A stretch of 32,000 nt of DNA from Aliivibrio fischeri ES114 (GCF_000011805.1 NC_006841.2), one strand, 5' to 3'. Positions 8,475-18,021 are shown, counted from the stretch's first letter. The notes: generated by a model not told the origin, from the letters alone. Program-made: numbers and translations.

Positions 8475-9695
8475 ATGTCATTATTCATGAGCTGTGTTGG
8501 AATCTTGGTGCTATTGTTCATTGGATTTTTACTATCCGAGAATAAAAAAGCCATCAATGTAAGAACGATTGTCATTGCGCTTATTACTCAAATATCATTC
8601 GGTGCTTTTGTAATGTACGTTCCTTTAGGTCAAGGAATACTACAAATGATGAGTGATGCCGTTAACCATATTATTAATTTCTCAAATGAGGGATTAACCT
8701 TCGTATTTGGCGATCTCGCTAACTATAAAGTCGGCTTTATTTTTGTAATTAACGTTCTTTGTGTCGTTATCTTTATTTCTGCTCTTATCTCCGTGCTTTA
8801 TTACCTCAAAATAATGCAGTTCGTAATTAATTTAATCGGTGGTGCGTTATCTAAATTGTTCGGTACGAGTAAGGCGGAATCAATGTCTGCTACTGCCAAC
8901 ATTTTTGTTGGTCCTATCGAAGCTCCTTCAATGGTACGTCCGTTAATCAAAAAAATGACTCGTTCTGAACTGTTTGCGGTAATGACAGGCGGATTAGCGA
9001 GCGTTGCTGGCGGCACAATGATTGGCTACATCAATTTAGGGATAGACCCAAAATATATTTTAACCGCTTGCTTTATGACGGCTCCTGCTGGACTTCTGTT
9101 TGCCAAATTACTTTGCCCACAAACAGAACAAGAAAAAATCACTAATGAAATTGAAATCGATGACGAAACCACACCTAAATCACTCTTAGATGCGATAACT
9201 GATGGTTCTATCATGGGGATGAATCAAGTCGCCACCGTGACAGCCTTACTTATCTCCTTTGTTGCTTTGATCGCATTAGTAAATAGCTTAGTTGGCGGTA
9301 TTGGTGATTTAATCTCGATTGAAGGTTTAAGCCTAGAACTGATTATCGGTTATATATTATCTCCTCTGGCTTTTTTAATGGGGGTTCCTTGGAGCGAAGC
9401 CGTTACCGCAGCATCACTAATTGGCCAAAAAATTGCGGTTAATGAGTTTGTTGCCTATATCAACTTTATTGAAATAGCGGAAACCTTATCTCCAAAAACT
9501 CAAGCTATTGTTGTATTTAGCCTTTGTGGTTTTGCCAACATTGGTTCTTTAGCGATGGTTATTGGTGGCCTTGGTGCTATATGTCCAAATAAACGCCATA
9601 TTCTTTCGGAAATTGGACCTCGTGTTTTAATGGCCGCAATTCTTGCAAACTTAATGTCAGGTACCATTGCTGGTGCGCTTCTTTCATTTTCTTAA
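8475..9695 (+). CDS. nupC: NupC-family (CNT) nucleoside:H+ symporter
   Basis: Polytopic membrane protein of NupC size and character, directly upstream of deoD. The ATG at 8475 is preceded by a ggag SD (8463-8466); the TTG at 8439 in the ORF track is less likely. Confidence 0.85.
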   Translation: MSLFMSCVGILVLLFIGFLLSENKKAINVRTIVIALITQISFGAFVMYVPLGQGILQMMSDAVNHIINFSNEGLTFVFGDLANYKVGFIFVINVLCVVIFISALISVLYYLKIMQFVINLIGGALSKLFGTSKAESMSATANIFVGPIEAPSMVRPLIKKMTRSELFAVMTGGLASVAGGTMIGYINLGIDPKYILTACFMTAPAGLLFAKLLCPQTEQEKITNEIEIDDETTPKSLLDAITDGSIMGMNQVATVTALLISFVALIALVNSLVGGIGDLISIEGLSLELIIGYILSPLAFLMGVPWSEAVTAASLIGQKIAVNEFVAYINFIEIAETLSPKTQAIVVFSLCGFANIGSLAMVIGGLGAICPNKRHILSEIGPRVLMAAILANLMSGTIAGALLSFS

Positions 9696-9717
9696 CATGT
9701 ACTTATAAGGATTAATC

Positions 9718-10437
9718 ATGTCGACTCCACATATTAATGCACCACTGGATGCATTTGCAGATACTATCTTGATGCCAGGTGATCCACTTCGCGCAAAATT
9801 AATAGCAGAAACTTATTTAGAAAATGTTGTTCAAGTTACTGATGTTCGAGGCATGTTAGGTTTTACTGGCGAATTTAAAGGTCGAAAAATCTCAGTCATG
9901 GGTCACGGAATGGGCGCACCGTCTGCATCTATTTACTTTCATGAACTAATGACAACTTATAAGGTAAAAAACTTCATCCGTATTGGAAGCTGTGGCGCTA
10001 TTCATGATGATGTGAAACTTAAAGATCTTATTGTAGCTATTGGTGCATCAACCGATTCAAAAATGAATCGCATTCGTTTTAAAGATAACGATTTTGCTGC
10101 AACTGCAAATTACAATATGCTTAGCGAGTGTGTTAATACGTTAAAAACGACTGACATTAATTACCTTGTAGGTAACGTTTTTTCTTCTGATCTATTTTAT
10201 CGTCCAGATGAAGAGCAATATGACATGATGGCACGCTATGGCATTCTTGGAGTAGAGATGGAAGTTAATGCACTTTATAGTGCAGCAGCAGAAAACCACT
10301 GTAATGCCGTTGCCCTATGTACCGTGACTGACCATATTAAAAACCATGAACATTTGACGGCGGATGAACGTCGAACTGAACTTCATGAAATGATTAATGT
10401 TGCACTGGATGTAGCATTAAAATTACCAACTGAATAA
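9718..10437 (+). CDS. deoD: Purine nucleoside phosphorylase DeoD-type
   Basis: MSTPHINAPLDAFADTILMPGDPLRAKLIAETYLENV is collinear with the E. coli DeoD N-terminus. The protein is 239 aa, with an aagga SD. Confidence 0.9.
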   Translation: MSTPHINAPLDAFADTILMPGDPLRAKLIAETYLENVVQVTDVRGMLGFTGEFKGRKISVMGHGMGAPSASIYFHELMTTYKVKNFIRIGSCGAIHDDVKLKDLIVAIGASTDSKMNRIRFKDNDFAATANYNMLSECVNTLKTTDINYLVGNVFSSDLFYRPDEEQYDMMARYGILGVEMEVNALYSAAAENHCNAVALCTVTDHIKNHEHLTADERRTELHEMINVALDVALKLPTE

Positions 10438-10449
10438 AACATATCTTAG

Positions 10450-10475
10450 AGGCCAATTAATCATTGGCCTTTTTT
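10450..10475 (+). terminator. Rho-independent terminator after deoD
   Basis: aggccaat (10450-10457) pairs with attggcct (10463-10470). The loop is 5 nt and a tttttt run follows. Confidence 0.8.
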
Positions 10476-10494
10476 CAAAGTGTAGAAATAACTA

Positions 10495-11841
10495 ATGAAT
10501 ATAAAAAAAGGCGTCGTTGGTAAAGTTTATCATTGCCCGATTAAAGGGGAATTTGAATTTATCTCTAATGGGCTGATTACTATCGATCAGCAAGGTAAGA
10601 TATGTGACGTTCTCCATCCTTCCGATCCTAATTATTCAAAAACGCTTAACTTTTTAAAAGAAAAAGATTCTCTACAAGAGTTAACCGAACAACAATTTTT
10701 ATTACCTGGCATGGTTGATCTTCATATCCATGCACCACAATGGCCTCAAGCTGGGAAAGGGTTAGATCTTCCTCTCAATGAATGGCTTGACCATTATACG
10801 TTCCCTTTAGAACATAAATTTAGCGATCTATCATTTGCAGAGCAGTACTACCCTCACCTAGTAAAAACCTATTTAGCTAACGGCACTACAACAGCAACCT
10901 ATTTTGCGACTATAGATACTTCATCTTCTCTTTATTTGGCAGAAACTTGCATTAAATATGGCCAACGTGCATTAGTTGGTAAAGTCTCAATGGATGATAA
11001 GGAGATGTGTCCTAATTACTACGTGGAAGAGAGCGCAGAACACTCTATTCAAGAAGCTGAAAGATTCATAACATCCTTTTCTCAACTAGCTAATAACAAT
11101 AACTTAGTCGAACCAATTATCACGCCTAGGTTTATTCCTACCTGTTCGTTAGAAGCATTAAAAGGGTTAGGTGATTTAGCGAAAAAATATCAATGTGCGG
11201 TTCAAACTCATGCTTCAGAAAGCGATTGGGCAAGAGACTTCAGCCAAGAAAAATACAATAAAACAGATATCGAAATTTACAACGAAGCTGGACTACTTGG
11301 TGAACGAACCATCTTAGCTCACTCTATCTTCTTAACCGATTCAGACATTGATACCATCAAGCAAAAAGGTTCAGGAATCGCTCACTGTCCAAGGTCCAAT
11401 ATCTATTTTGCAAATGCAGCATTGCCATTACGTGAATACTTAGATCAAGATATTCAACTAGGATTAGGCTCTGACATTGCAGGTGGCCCTTTTCCCTCGC
11501 TATTTATGGCTTGCTCAGATGCAGTCCTTCACTCAAGAGCACGAGAATGTGGAACAAATGCGAGTCTACCGGCAGAGATAAGGGGGCAAAAAAATAGTCG
11601 AGTCTCATTATTAGAAGCTTATTGGATGGCAACCACGGGTGGCGGTCAATTGCTAAAGCTACCAGTTGGACAATTTAAAAAGGGTTACTGCTTCGACGCT
11701 CTAGTTATTGATGATGAAGATTCGAACCTATTGATTTGTCCTGATCTCGATTCACCTCAAGACATACTAGAAAAAATCATCACTCACACAACAAGAAATA
11801 ATATCCGCCAAGTCTGGGTTGATGGCAATCAAGTAAAGTAA
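10495..11841 (+). CDS. guaD: Guanine deaminase (amidohydrolase superfamily)
   Basis: LLPGMVDLHIHAPQWPQAGKGLDLPLNEWLDHYTFPLEHKF...NGTTTATYFATI...GQRALVGKVSMD follows the guanine deaminase pattern, including the HxH metal site and the later THASES block. Confidence 0.8.
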   Translation: MNIKKGVVGKVYHCPIKGEFEFISNGLITIDQQGKICDVLHPSDPNYSKTLNFLKEKDSLQELTEQQFLLPGMVDLHIHAPQWPQAGKGLDLPLNEWLDHYTFPLEHKFSDLSFAEQYYPHLVKTYLANGTTTATYFATIDTSSSLYLAETCIKYGQRALVGKVSMDDKEMCPNYYVEESAEHSIQEAERFITSFSQLANNNNLVEPIITPRFIPTCSLEALKGLGDLAKKYQCAVQTHASESDWARDFSQEKYNKTDIEIYNEAGLLGERTILAHSIFLTDSDIDTIKQKGSGIAHCPRSNIYFANAALPLREYLDQDIQLGLGSDIAGGPFPSLFMACSDAVLHSRARECGTNASLPAEIRGQKNSRVSLLEAYWMATTGGGQLLKLPVGQFKKGYCFDALVIDDEDSNLLICPDLDSPQDILEKIITHTTRNNIRQVWVDGNQVK

Positions 11842-11978
11842 AACGTTTAGAGCTGAGTTTGCAGAAAGAATCACGAACTGAGATAAAGCAGAATATTCTG
11901 CAACTCGCTCTTTATTATTATCGCATTTTTTTATGAAACCATTACCATAGAGCTATCTTTAATACACAGAGATAGAGC

Positions 11979-12617
11979 ATGGATCTGTTTCAACAATTAA
12001 TCTCAGAGCTTAATTTACCTAAGATCTCTTATGTTAAGAATGAGTTGCTTTTACAGCAATCGACACCAATTAATTCGCTTCTATTTTGCCAAGACGCCGA
12101 TTTAACCATTTTCCATATAAATGAACATGGTAAAGAATTTATTCTTGGGGTAGATACGAATTATTCAGGTCCTCTAGGTGAGATGGAATTCTTCCAACGA
12201 AAGCCTTATTCAACGTTGAATGTTAAAGCTAACAAAGCTGGCTATCTCTATAAAATTCCTAAACTTAAACTTCTTGAATTATTAAGAGAAAAACCAGAAC
12301 TAACGATTCTTCTGCTCGAATTCATTTCAACAAGATATAATAAAAATATCACTAAGTTAATGAATAACATTACATTATCAGCAAGGATTAATGTCATCGA
12401 ACAGATCCTCGAATTAAAACAGCACTCAAATAGTCCGCTATTTAAAATTCCAGTGACCTTAAAAGCCAAGCAGCTAGGTATAACTGACCGATGTTATCAC
12501 CAAATTTTACAAGTTTTGGAAAAAGAAAATAAGCTAATCAAACAAGGGCATGAGTTTGAGTTACTGGATGAAAAAGCACTAAAAGACGAAGTGCTTTATA
12601 CCGAAGTAGACAAATAA
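11979..12617 (+). CDS. Crp/Fnr-family transcriptional regulator (divergent)
   Basis: 212-aa protein with a cNMP-binding-like beta-roll region (GPLGEMEFF) and a C-terminal HTH (KAKQLGITDRCYHQILQVLEKENKLI). The sequence is divergent, so only the family call is supportable. Confidence 0.6.
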   Translation: MDLFQQLISELNLPKISYVKNELLLQQSTPINSLLFCQDADLTIFHINEHGKEFILGVDTNYSGPLGEMEFFQRKPYSTLNVKANKAGYLYKIPKLKLLELLREKPELTILLLEFISTRYNKNITKLMNNITLSARINVIEQILELKQHSNSPLFKIPVTLKAKQLGITDRCYHQILQVLEKENKLIKQGHEFELLDEKALKDEVLYTEVDK

Positions 12618-12629
12618 AAATGATCATCG

Positions 12630-13409
12630 CTATTTTCTATATGGCGATATGATCGTATTTCCTGTCACAGCATGATGAGAGACCATCACCAAGTCTTGAT
12701 ATAACGTGCGAATATTCTCTTCACTCAACACATCGTTTGGCTTTCCTTCAGCCATAATTTCACCTTGATTAATCAAAATCAAACGATCACAAAACTCAGC
12801 AGCGGTATTTAAGTTATGAATAGCAACCAATGCTGATTTTCCTTTTTGGCATTCTTGATATAAGACATTCATCAATTGAGATTCATGGCCAATATCTAAA
12901 CTCGCTGTCGGCTCATCAAGCAACATTAAAGGAGTATCTTGAACTAAAGTTCGGGCAAAATGAACGAGCTGTTTTTCACCACCAGATAAATCAGTAACAT
13001 TACGCTTATGTAGATGCTCTATTCCCACTTTTTCTAATGCAGCTTGACTTTGTTTCTCTATCTCAGCTGGAGATATAATTGAGTGTTGCTGTCTCGCATG
13101 AAAACCAAACCCAATGGTTTCCATCACATTAAAAGGAAAAGCGGCTTCACTGTATTGAGGCAAATAACTCATACATAACGCACGCTCAATATGAGATAAG
13201 ACAGCAAGAGATTGACCTTGGATCTCAATTCTTCCTTCGGCATAAGGCTGGAATCCACTGATGCATTTCATTAATGTACTTTTACCCGCGCCATTCGGGC
13301 CAATAATACCAACCAATTCACCAGAATTGACGGTAAATGAAATCGACTTTAATAATGCTTTAGTCCCAACCTGATAGTTTAATTGTGAGACATTTAATAA
13401 TGGTTTCAT
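12630..13409 (-). CDS. ABC transporter ATPase (BtuD/FecE type)
   Basis: Walker A GPNGAGKST, signature LSGGEKQ and Walker B LMLLDEP are all present. The start at 13409 (MKPLLNV) overlaps the permease stop. The upstream extension in the ORF track (to 13460) lies inside the permease gene. Confidence 0.9.
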   Translation of the reverse strand: MKPLLNVSQLNYQVGTKALLKSISFTVNSGELVGIIGPNGAGKSTLMKCISGFQPYAEGRIEIQGQSLAVLSHIERALCMSYLPQYSEAAFPFNVMETIGFGFHARQQHSIISPAEIEKQSQAALEKVGIEHLHKRNVTDLSGGEKQLVHFARTLVQDTPLMLLDEPTASLDIGHESQLMNVLYQECQKGKSALVAIHNLNTAAEFCDRLILINQGEIMAEGKPNDVLSEENIRTLYQDLVMVSHHAVTGNTIISPYRK

Positions 13410-14446
13410 GCTAAACGTCCCTTTCTTTGAAATCGAATGATCAAGCCAATAAAGTAGCAACCACCAATAAATGAAGTAATAATCCCCGCTTTCAATTCAT
13501 TAGGCGCAATGATCCAACGCCCTAATAAGTCACAAACCAATAGAAATATCACACCAAATATGGCTGAAAACGGCAATAATTTCTCATGACTTGGTCCTAC
13601 TAATAGACGCACTAAATGAGGAACCATCAAGCCGATAAAACCAATAGGTCCAGCAATAGCAATCGACATCGCCGTTAATAACGTAGCAAACAACAATAAT
13701 TTAAATCGTGTCTGTTTTACATTTAGACCCATACCATGAGCACTCTCCTCACCTAAAGCGAGTAAATTGAGAGAACGGCTTTCTTTGAGTAACAAGGTAG
13801 ACACAATAATAATCACAGGTGTTGGCCATAATAAATGCTGCCACATACGACCATCTAGCCCCCCCATTGCCCAGAAAACAAATTGGCTGACTTCATACTG
13901 TTGCGCCATTAATAGCAGTCCCATACGAGCACCGCCCAATAAACTCGATAGCGCCAATCCAGTTAATATGAGAAATAAAATTTGTGAAGAAGAGTGACGA
14001 GATGCAAGAACATAAATAAACGCAGAAGCAGTAAGAGCACCAACCGTTGTAAAAACAGGTAACCACATCGGATTCATAAAAGAAAAACCCGTAACAATAG
14101 CGATAACAGCACCAAAACTGCTTCCCGAGCTTACCCCCAATACATCAGGACTCGCTAATGGGTTTTTAAATAATCCTTGAGTACAGGCTCCAGCTAAAGC
14201 CAATGCACCACCAGCCATAATTGCAGCACACGCCCTTGGCAAACGAATGTGCATCACTATTGCAGAAGCAAGCGGATACTCTTTAGTTGCTAACTCACTC
14301 CCACCAAATATATAACTCTTAAACATAGCTAAAATATCAATGATTGGAATGTGAACCGCACCAAGACTTAAATATGTTAAGAATAATCCAATAAATAAAC
14401 ACGTAGAGACAATAGCTTGAAAAGAGGTTAAACGATAAAAAGGCAT
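13406..14446 (-). CDS. FecCD/BtuC-family ABC permease
   Basis: 346-aa polytopic protein with typical FecCD blocks (RLPRACAAIMAGGALALAGA, GPIGFIGLMVPHLVR). Its start overlaps the binding-protein stop as ATGA at 14446. Confidence 0.9.
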   Translation of the reverse strand: MPFYRLTSFQAIVSTCLFIGLFLTYLSLGAVHIPIIDILAMFKSYIFGGSELATKEYPLASAIVMHIRLPRACAAIMAGGALALAGACTQGLFKNPLASPDVLGVSSGSSFGAVIAIVTGFSFMNPMWLPVFTTVGALTASAFIYVLASRHSSSQILFLILTGLALSSLLGGARMGLLLMAQQYEVSQFVFWAMGGLDGRMWQHLLWPTPVIIIVSTLLLKESRSLNLLALGEESAHGMGLNVKQTRFKLLLFATLLTAMSIAIAGPIGFIGLMVPHLVRLLVGPSHEKLLPFSAIFGVIFLLVCDLLGRWIIAPNELKAGIITSFIGGCYFIGLIIRFQRKGRLA

Positions 14447-15363
14447 CAGAGTTTCTTATAGGCAGAGTGATTAACAAACAGAATCGCATCAATAATATAT
14501 TGGCTATAAACACTTCTTAACACATGTGGCATTTGATAGACCCGACCTTCTTTAATGGCATTAACGGATTGTAATGAAGGATCAGATAAAACGTCTTGCT
14601 TAAATTTATCAGCACCTTTTTCATCTCCATACACCCACGCTGGTATAAATAAAATATCTGGATTTAATGCAATGACCATCTCTTTTGATACGGGAACTTG
14701 CCCGTATTTATCACTCACTAGCCCTTCAATGGCATTATTCAGATTTGCCTGTTTTAAGACTTCATCCCAAGTAGAATCTTGACCGCTCGATGTTCCCCAC
14801 GGATTATAATCCAAAGCAGTTAATCGCTTTTTAGGTAAGATAACCTCTTGCTGTAAACGCTGTTGCATATCTTCGATGACTCGCTCAGCAGCAAGTCGAC
14901 GATTAACAATATCACCGACTCGCAAAATCTCGGTTTCAACCTCTTTTAAGGTATTAGGCGTTTGAATGCGATAAACCGGGATACCAGCACTCTCAATAAT
15001 CGCTAACTTTGATGCATCACTCCAATTAGCAGCAAAAACAATGTCAGGACGATTCGCTATGATCATTTCCACATTAAGTGCTAACAAAGGTATTGATTTT
15101 GGCAATATATCTTTAATCGCTGAATAGTTAGGATTATTAGCAAGATCTGTCAAACTGGATAATTGTTCTTTATCAACCAACTCCAATAATACGGCATCGG
15201 TGAATAACGTTTTTGACGATATTTTTGTAGGTGCTTTCTCTAAAATAACGGTATTACCTAACCCATCAACAACATGTAATGGATAGGTAGTTTCGGCCAT
15301 CGTTGACCAAGAAAGCAAAAGAGAAAAAACAATAATAAATGGGTTTAACGCAAGCCAACGCAT
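14446..15363 (-). CDS. Periplasmic binding protein, class 8 (BtuF/FecB-like), probable corrinoid binding
   Basis: The start at 15363 gives MRWLALNPFIIVFSLLLSWSTMA as a signal peptide, with an aggag SD at 15369-15373. The ORF-track extension to 15462 would run through the riboswitch. The gene is the first of a riboswitch-controlled btu-like operon. Confidence 0.8.
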   Translation of the reverse strand: MRWLALNPFIIVFSLLLSWSTMAETTYPLHVVDGLGNTVILEKAPTKISSKTLFTDAVLLELVDKEQLSSLTDLANNPNYSAIKDILPKSIPLLALNVEMIIANRPDIVFAANWSDASKLAIIESAGIPVYRIQTPNTLKEVETEILRVGDIVNRRLAAERVIEDMQQRLQQEVILPKKRLTALDYNPWGTSSGQDSTWDEVLKQANLNNAIEGLVSDKYGQVPVSKEMVIALNPDILFIPAWVYGDEKGADKFKQDVLSDPSLQSVNAIKEGRVYQMPHVLRSVYSQYIIDAILFVNHSAYKKL

Positions 15364-15384
15364 GGCAACTCCTGTAAATCGCGT

Positions 15385-15545
15385 ACATAATATGAACCAA
15401 CTTCGTATCTGACTCAAACTCTTGCAAGCTCTCACAGTGGCGCGCCCGTTACGGATTCTCACCGTATTCCGAAGTAATCTTCATTGTACGATGCTATGTT
15501 GAGATATTCTATCTATAACCCTGAAAACATGGGATTAATTAGAGA
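15385..15545 (-). promoter_or_regulatory. Cobalamin (B12) riboswitch
   Basis: The minus strand reads CUUCGGAAUACGGUGAGAAUCCGUAACGGGCGCGCCACUGUGAGAGC (plus-strand 15428-15474), matching the conserved GGUG-AAUCC...CCCGCCACUGU core. A B12-box-like GAGUCAGAUACGAAG follows (plus-strand 15401-15415). The outer boundaries are approximate. Confidence 0.7.
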
Positions 15546-15601
15546 TACCCCATACAACGTGATAAAATTCATCACCTCTTTAATCAACAAAGTAATTAAT
15601 T

Positions 15602-16138
15602 ATGGCACTTAAAGCATCTGGAAATATTGGTGAACTTTCATACCCATTCATTTTTGAAGACAGCCCATTATGCGACTTTGAAATCTTAACGGATGAATTA
15701 TGTGCCTATACTGGCTTAGCGTTATCACAAATAACTAATCAAGAAGTCCGTGAATCGCTAGAACGTCTACAACCAAAAATATTTCACCTTAATGGCTCGA
15801 TTCGTGGGAAATGTGGCATCTTTGAGCAGGACGTTCAAGAACTCGTGTCTGAAATGTTTTACTTTAAAGAACAAGTTCATGACAAAGGTAAGCGCTTTGT
15901 TCTTCCTCGTGGAGCCGGCCCTGTAATTCAACTTCATCAATGCCGTAGCTTAAGTAAAAAAGTGGTTCGCGCCTTAGTCCTAATTGACAAATTAACCAAT
16001 AAAACCATCCCAGAAACACTTCCTCGTTTTGCAAATGCGCTCGCTAATTATTATTTCGTGCTTACACGAGTACTAAATCAAGACATGAACATTGATGAAC
16101 CTGAATATATAAGCATTAACTATCCAAAGCCTGAATAA
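15602..16138 (+). CDS. ATP:cob(I)alamin adenosyltransferase, PduO-type (probable)
   Basis: Three PduO-family blocks are matched: SGNIGELS (TGDKGETS), FEILTDELCAYTGLA (EAYGTVDELNSxIGLA) and FVLPRGAGPVIQLHQCRSLSKKVVRALV (FILPGG..A..LHxAR...RRAER). Its position next to a B12 riboswitch supports the call. Confidence 0.6.
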   Translation: MALKASGNIGELSYPFIFEDSPLCDFEILTDELCAYTGLALSQITNQEVRESLERLQPKIFHLNGSIRGKCGIFEQDVQELVSEMFYFKEQVHDKGKRFVLPRGAGPVIQLHQCRSLSKKVVRALVLIDKLTNKTIPETLPRFANALANYYFVLTRVLNQDMNIDEPEYISINYPKPE

Positions 16139-16362
16139 ATCAAATATTATGTAAATACATCGTTAAGTGAATTATGAAAAAGAATATTAATAATAGGAAC
16201 TATAATATTCTCTTTCATTATCAATGGTAGTAACACGATACAGGTCAATGCAACTCTATTTATAGCCTTTAATTATATTGATAGCGAACCTCATATATTA
16301 TAAAGTCCACCTCAATTGTTACAGTCATGCAATAAATGACTTTTTTGTTAAACTTAGGTTAA

Positions 16363-17964
16363 TTGATTAAAGTGATTACATTTGGTAAGTCCAATAAATT
16401 ATTTTTTTGGCCACGCTTTATCGTTTTATTTACAATATTAAATATCTTGTTATTTTCAGTATTTTATTTTTACAAATACTCACAAAACCAGATAGAGATA
16501 AGTAAAATAAAATCAGAACAAAGTGCTCTAATTTCAGCACAAAAAAAATACATTGCAATGACCCTAAACAGCATAGGGCAAGATTTACTGCTGCTTTCTG
16601 ATTTCATTGAAATTAACAAAGCATACCAAAAGCACGAACGTAAACTCATTAAACTAGCTGAAATGAACACGCTCGCTCTGAGCTTACGTAAAGGACTTTA
16701 TGATCAATTAAGATACCTTGATCTTGAAGGTAATGAGCTCATTCGTATTAACTATAATAATGGCATTCCAAGTGTTGTTACAGGAAATGAATTACAAAAT
16801 AAATTTGACCGTTATTATTTTCAAGACAGCTTATCTTTAAATGATGGGGATATTTACGTTTCTATTTTAGATTTAAATATTGAGCATGGTGAAATCGAAG
16901 AACCTTATAAACCTATGATTCGTCTAGCTACGCCTGTATATGATGATCAGGGAAATAAAAGAGGTATCGTTATATTAAATTACCTTGCAGCGCATTTATT
17001 AGATGGTCTAAAACTATTTTCTTTGGATAAAAGAAACCATCACATGCTAATAAACAGTAATAATTACTTTTTATTTTATGATAAAAGACCAGACCTTGAA
17101 TTTGCTTTCATGTTTAATGAAGACGAAAGTAAAACCTATCCTGCGATTTACCCAATAACTTATTCTTGTATTGAGAAAGAACCTAAAGGTCAATATGAAA
17201 TAGGTTCAGGAATTTTAACGTTCGATTCTGTATTTGCTTATCCAAAAAATTTAGATTCAGCAAAATCAGTCAAAATTGTTAAAAAAGACTCATGCTGGCG
17301 CTTAATCACTTTTGTTCCTAATTACCCTAAGTGGTCAATTGAGCGAATCTCAAGCAGTGAGATAATTCTTGTTGGTTGTTTTATTTTACTTTCTTTCATT
17401 GTATCGCTGGTTATAACTCAATTACAGCTAAAGAAAAAAATTGATCACAACGAAATAAAGAAATTAGCTCACCACGATAGTCTGACAGGCCTAATCAACC
17501 GTGGATACTTTAAAAAACTGTTTCATTGGAAAATGCAAAAAGCACGAAAAAATGAAACTAAATTAGCTTTGATCTACATTGATTTAGATGGATTTAAAGA
17601 TCTCAATGACAACTTTGGCCACAGTGCTGGTGATTTGGCATTAAAGGCAGTAGCTCGAAATCTATACAGCACTTTCTCAGAAAATAGTTACGTCGCTCGA
17701 TTAGGTGGTGATGAATTTGCCGTACTTATTCATACCGTTATTGATGAAGAAGAGATATTTGCTCTTGTTGAGGAATTTTTAGAAAGTAGTAATACTCCAT
17801 TAATGCTTGAAGATATTCCATATCAACTAAGCACGAGTATTGGCTTAGCTTTCTTCCCTGAACATGGTCGCTCCATTAACGAGTTAATGCATAATGCCGA
17901 TGCGGCAATGTATGACATCAAACGCTCAGGAAAGAATGGATTTAAAGTATTTGAAAAGCTATGA
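16363..17964 (+). CDS. Membrane-bound diguanylate cyclase (GGDEF) with a large periplasmic sensor domain
   Basis: Two TM segments (about residues 15-37 and 333-355) bracket a domain of about 295 aa. The C-terminal GGDEF domain carries RLGGDEFAV. No RxxD I-site is present at the usual offset. The start is non-ATG (TTG 16363 or GTG 16372). Confidence 0.85.
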   Translation: MIKVITFGKSNKLFFWPRFIVLFTILNILLFSVFYFYKYSQNQIEISKIKSEQSALISAQKKYIAMTLNSIGQDLLLLSDFIEINKAYQKHERKLIKLAEMNTLALSLRKGLYDQLRYLDLEGNELIRINYNNGIPSVVTGNELQNKFDRYYFQDSLSLNDGDIYVSILDLNIEHGEIEEPYKPMIRLATPVYDDQGNKRGIVILNYLAAHLLDGLKLFSLDKRNHHMLINSNNYFLFYDKRPDLEFAFMFNEDESKTYPAIYPITYSCIEKEPKGQYEIGSGILTFDSVFAYPKNLDSAKSVKIVKKDSCWRLITFVPNYPKWSIERISSSEIILVGCFILLSFIVSLVITQLQLKKKIDHNEIKKLAHHDSLTGLINRGYFKKLFHWKMQKARKNETKLALIYIDLDGFKDLNDNFGHSAGDLALKAVARNLYSTFSENSYVARLGGDEFAVLIHTVIDEEEIFALVEEFLESSNTPLMLEDIPYQLSTSIGLAFFPEHGRSINELMHNADAAMYDIKRSGKNGFKVFEKL

Positions 17965-17988
17965 CTTAGGCTTTTATTACTGACTTAC

Positions 17989-18021
17989 ATTACGCCCAAG
18001 CCACTTTAGCTTGGGCGTAAT
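17989..18021. terminator. 13-bp perfect hairpin between the convergent GGDEF and MFS genes
   Basis: attacgcccaagc (17989-18001) pairs with gcttgggcgtaat (18009-18021). It overlaps the last codons of the MFS gene. Neither side has a good U-tract, so termination is uncertain. Confidence 0.4.

Noticed and set aside
16181-16211. 9-bp inverted repeat agaatatta-N13-taatattct upstream of the GGDEF gene
   Set aside because: The arms are almost pure A/T in an AT-rich spacer, and no second copy or associated motif is present. It is likely chance.
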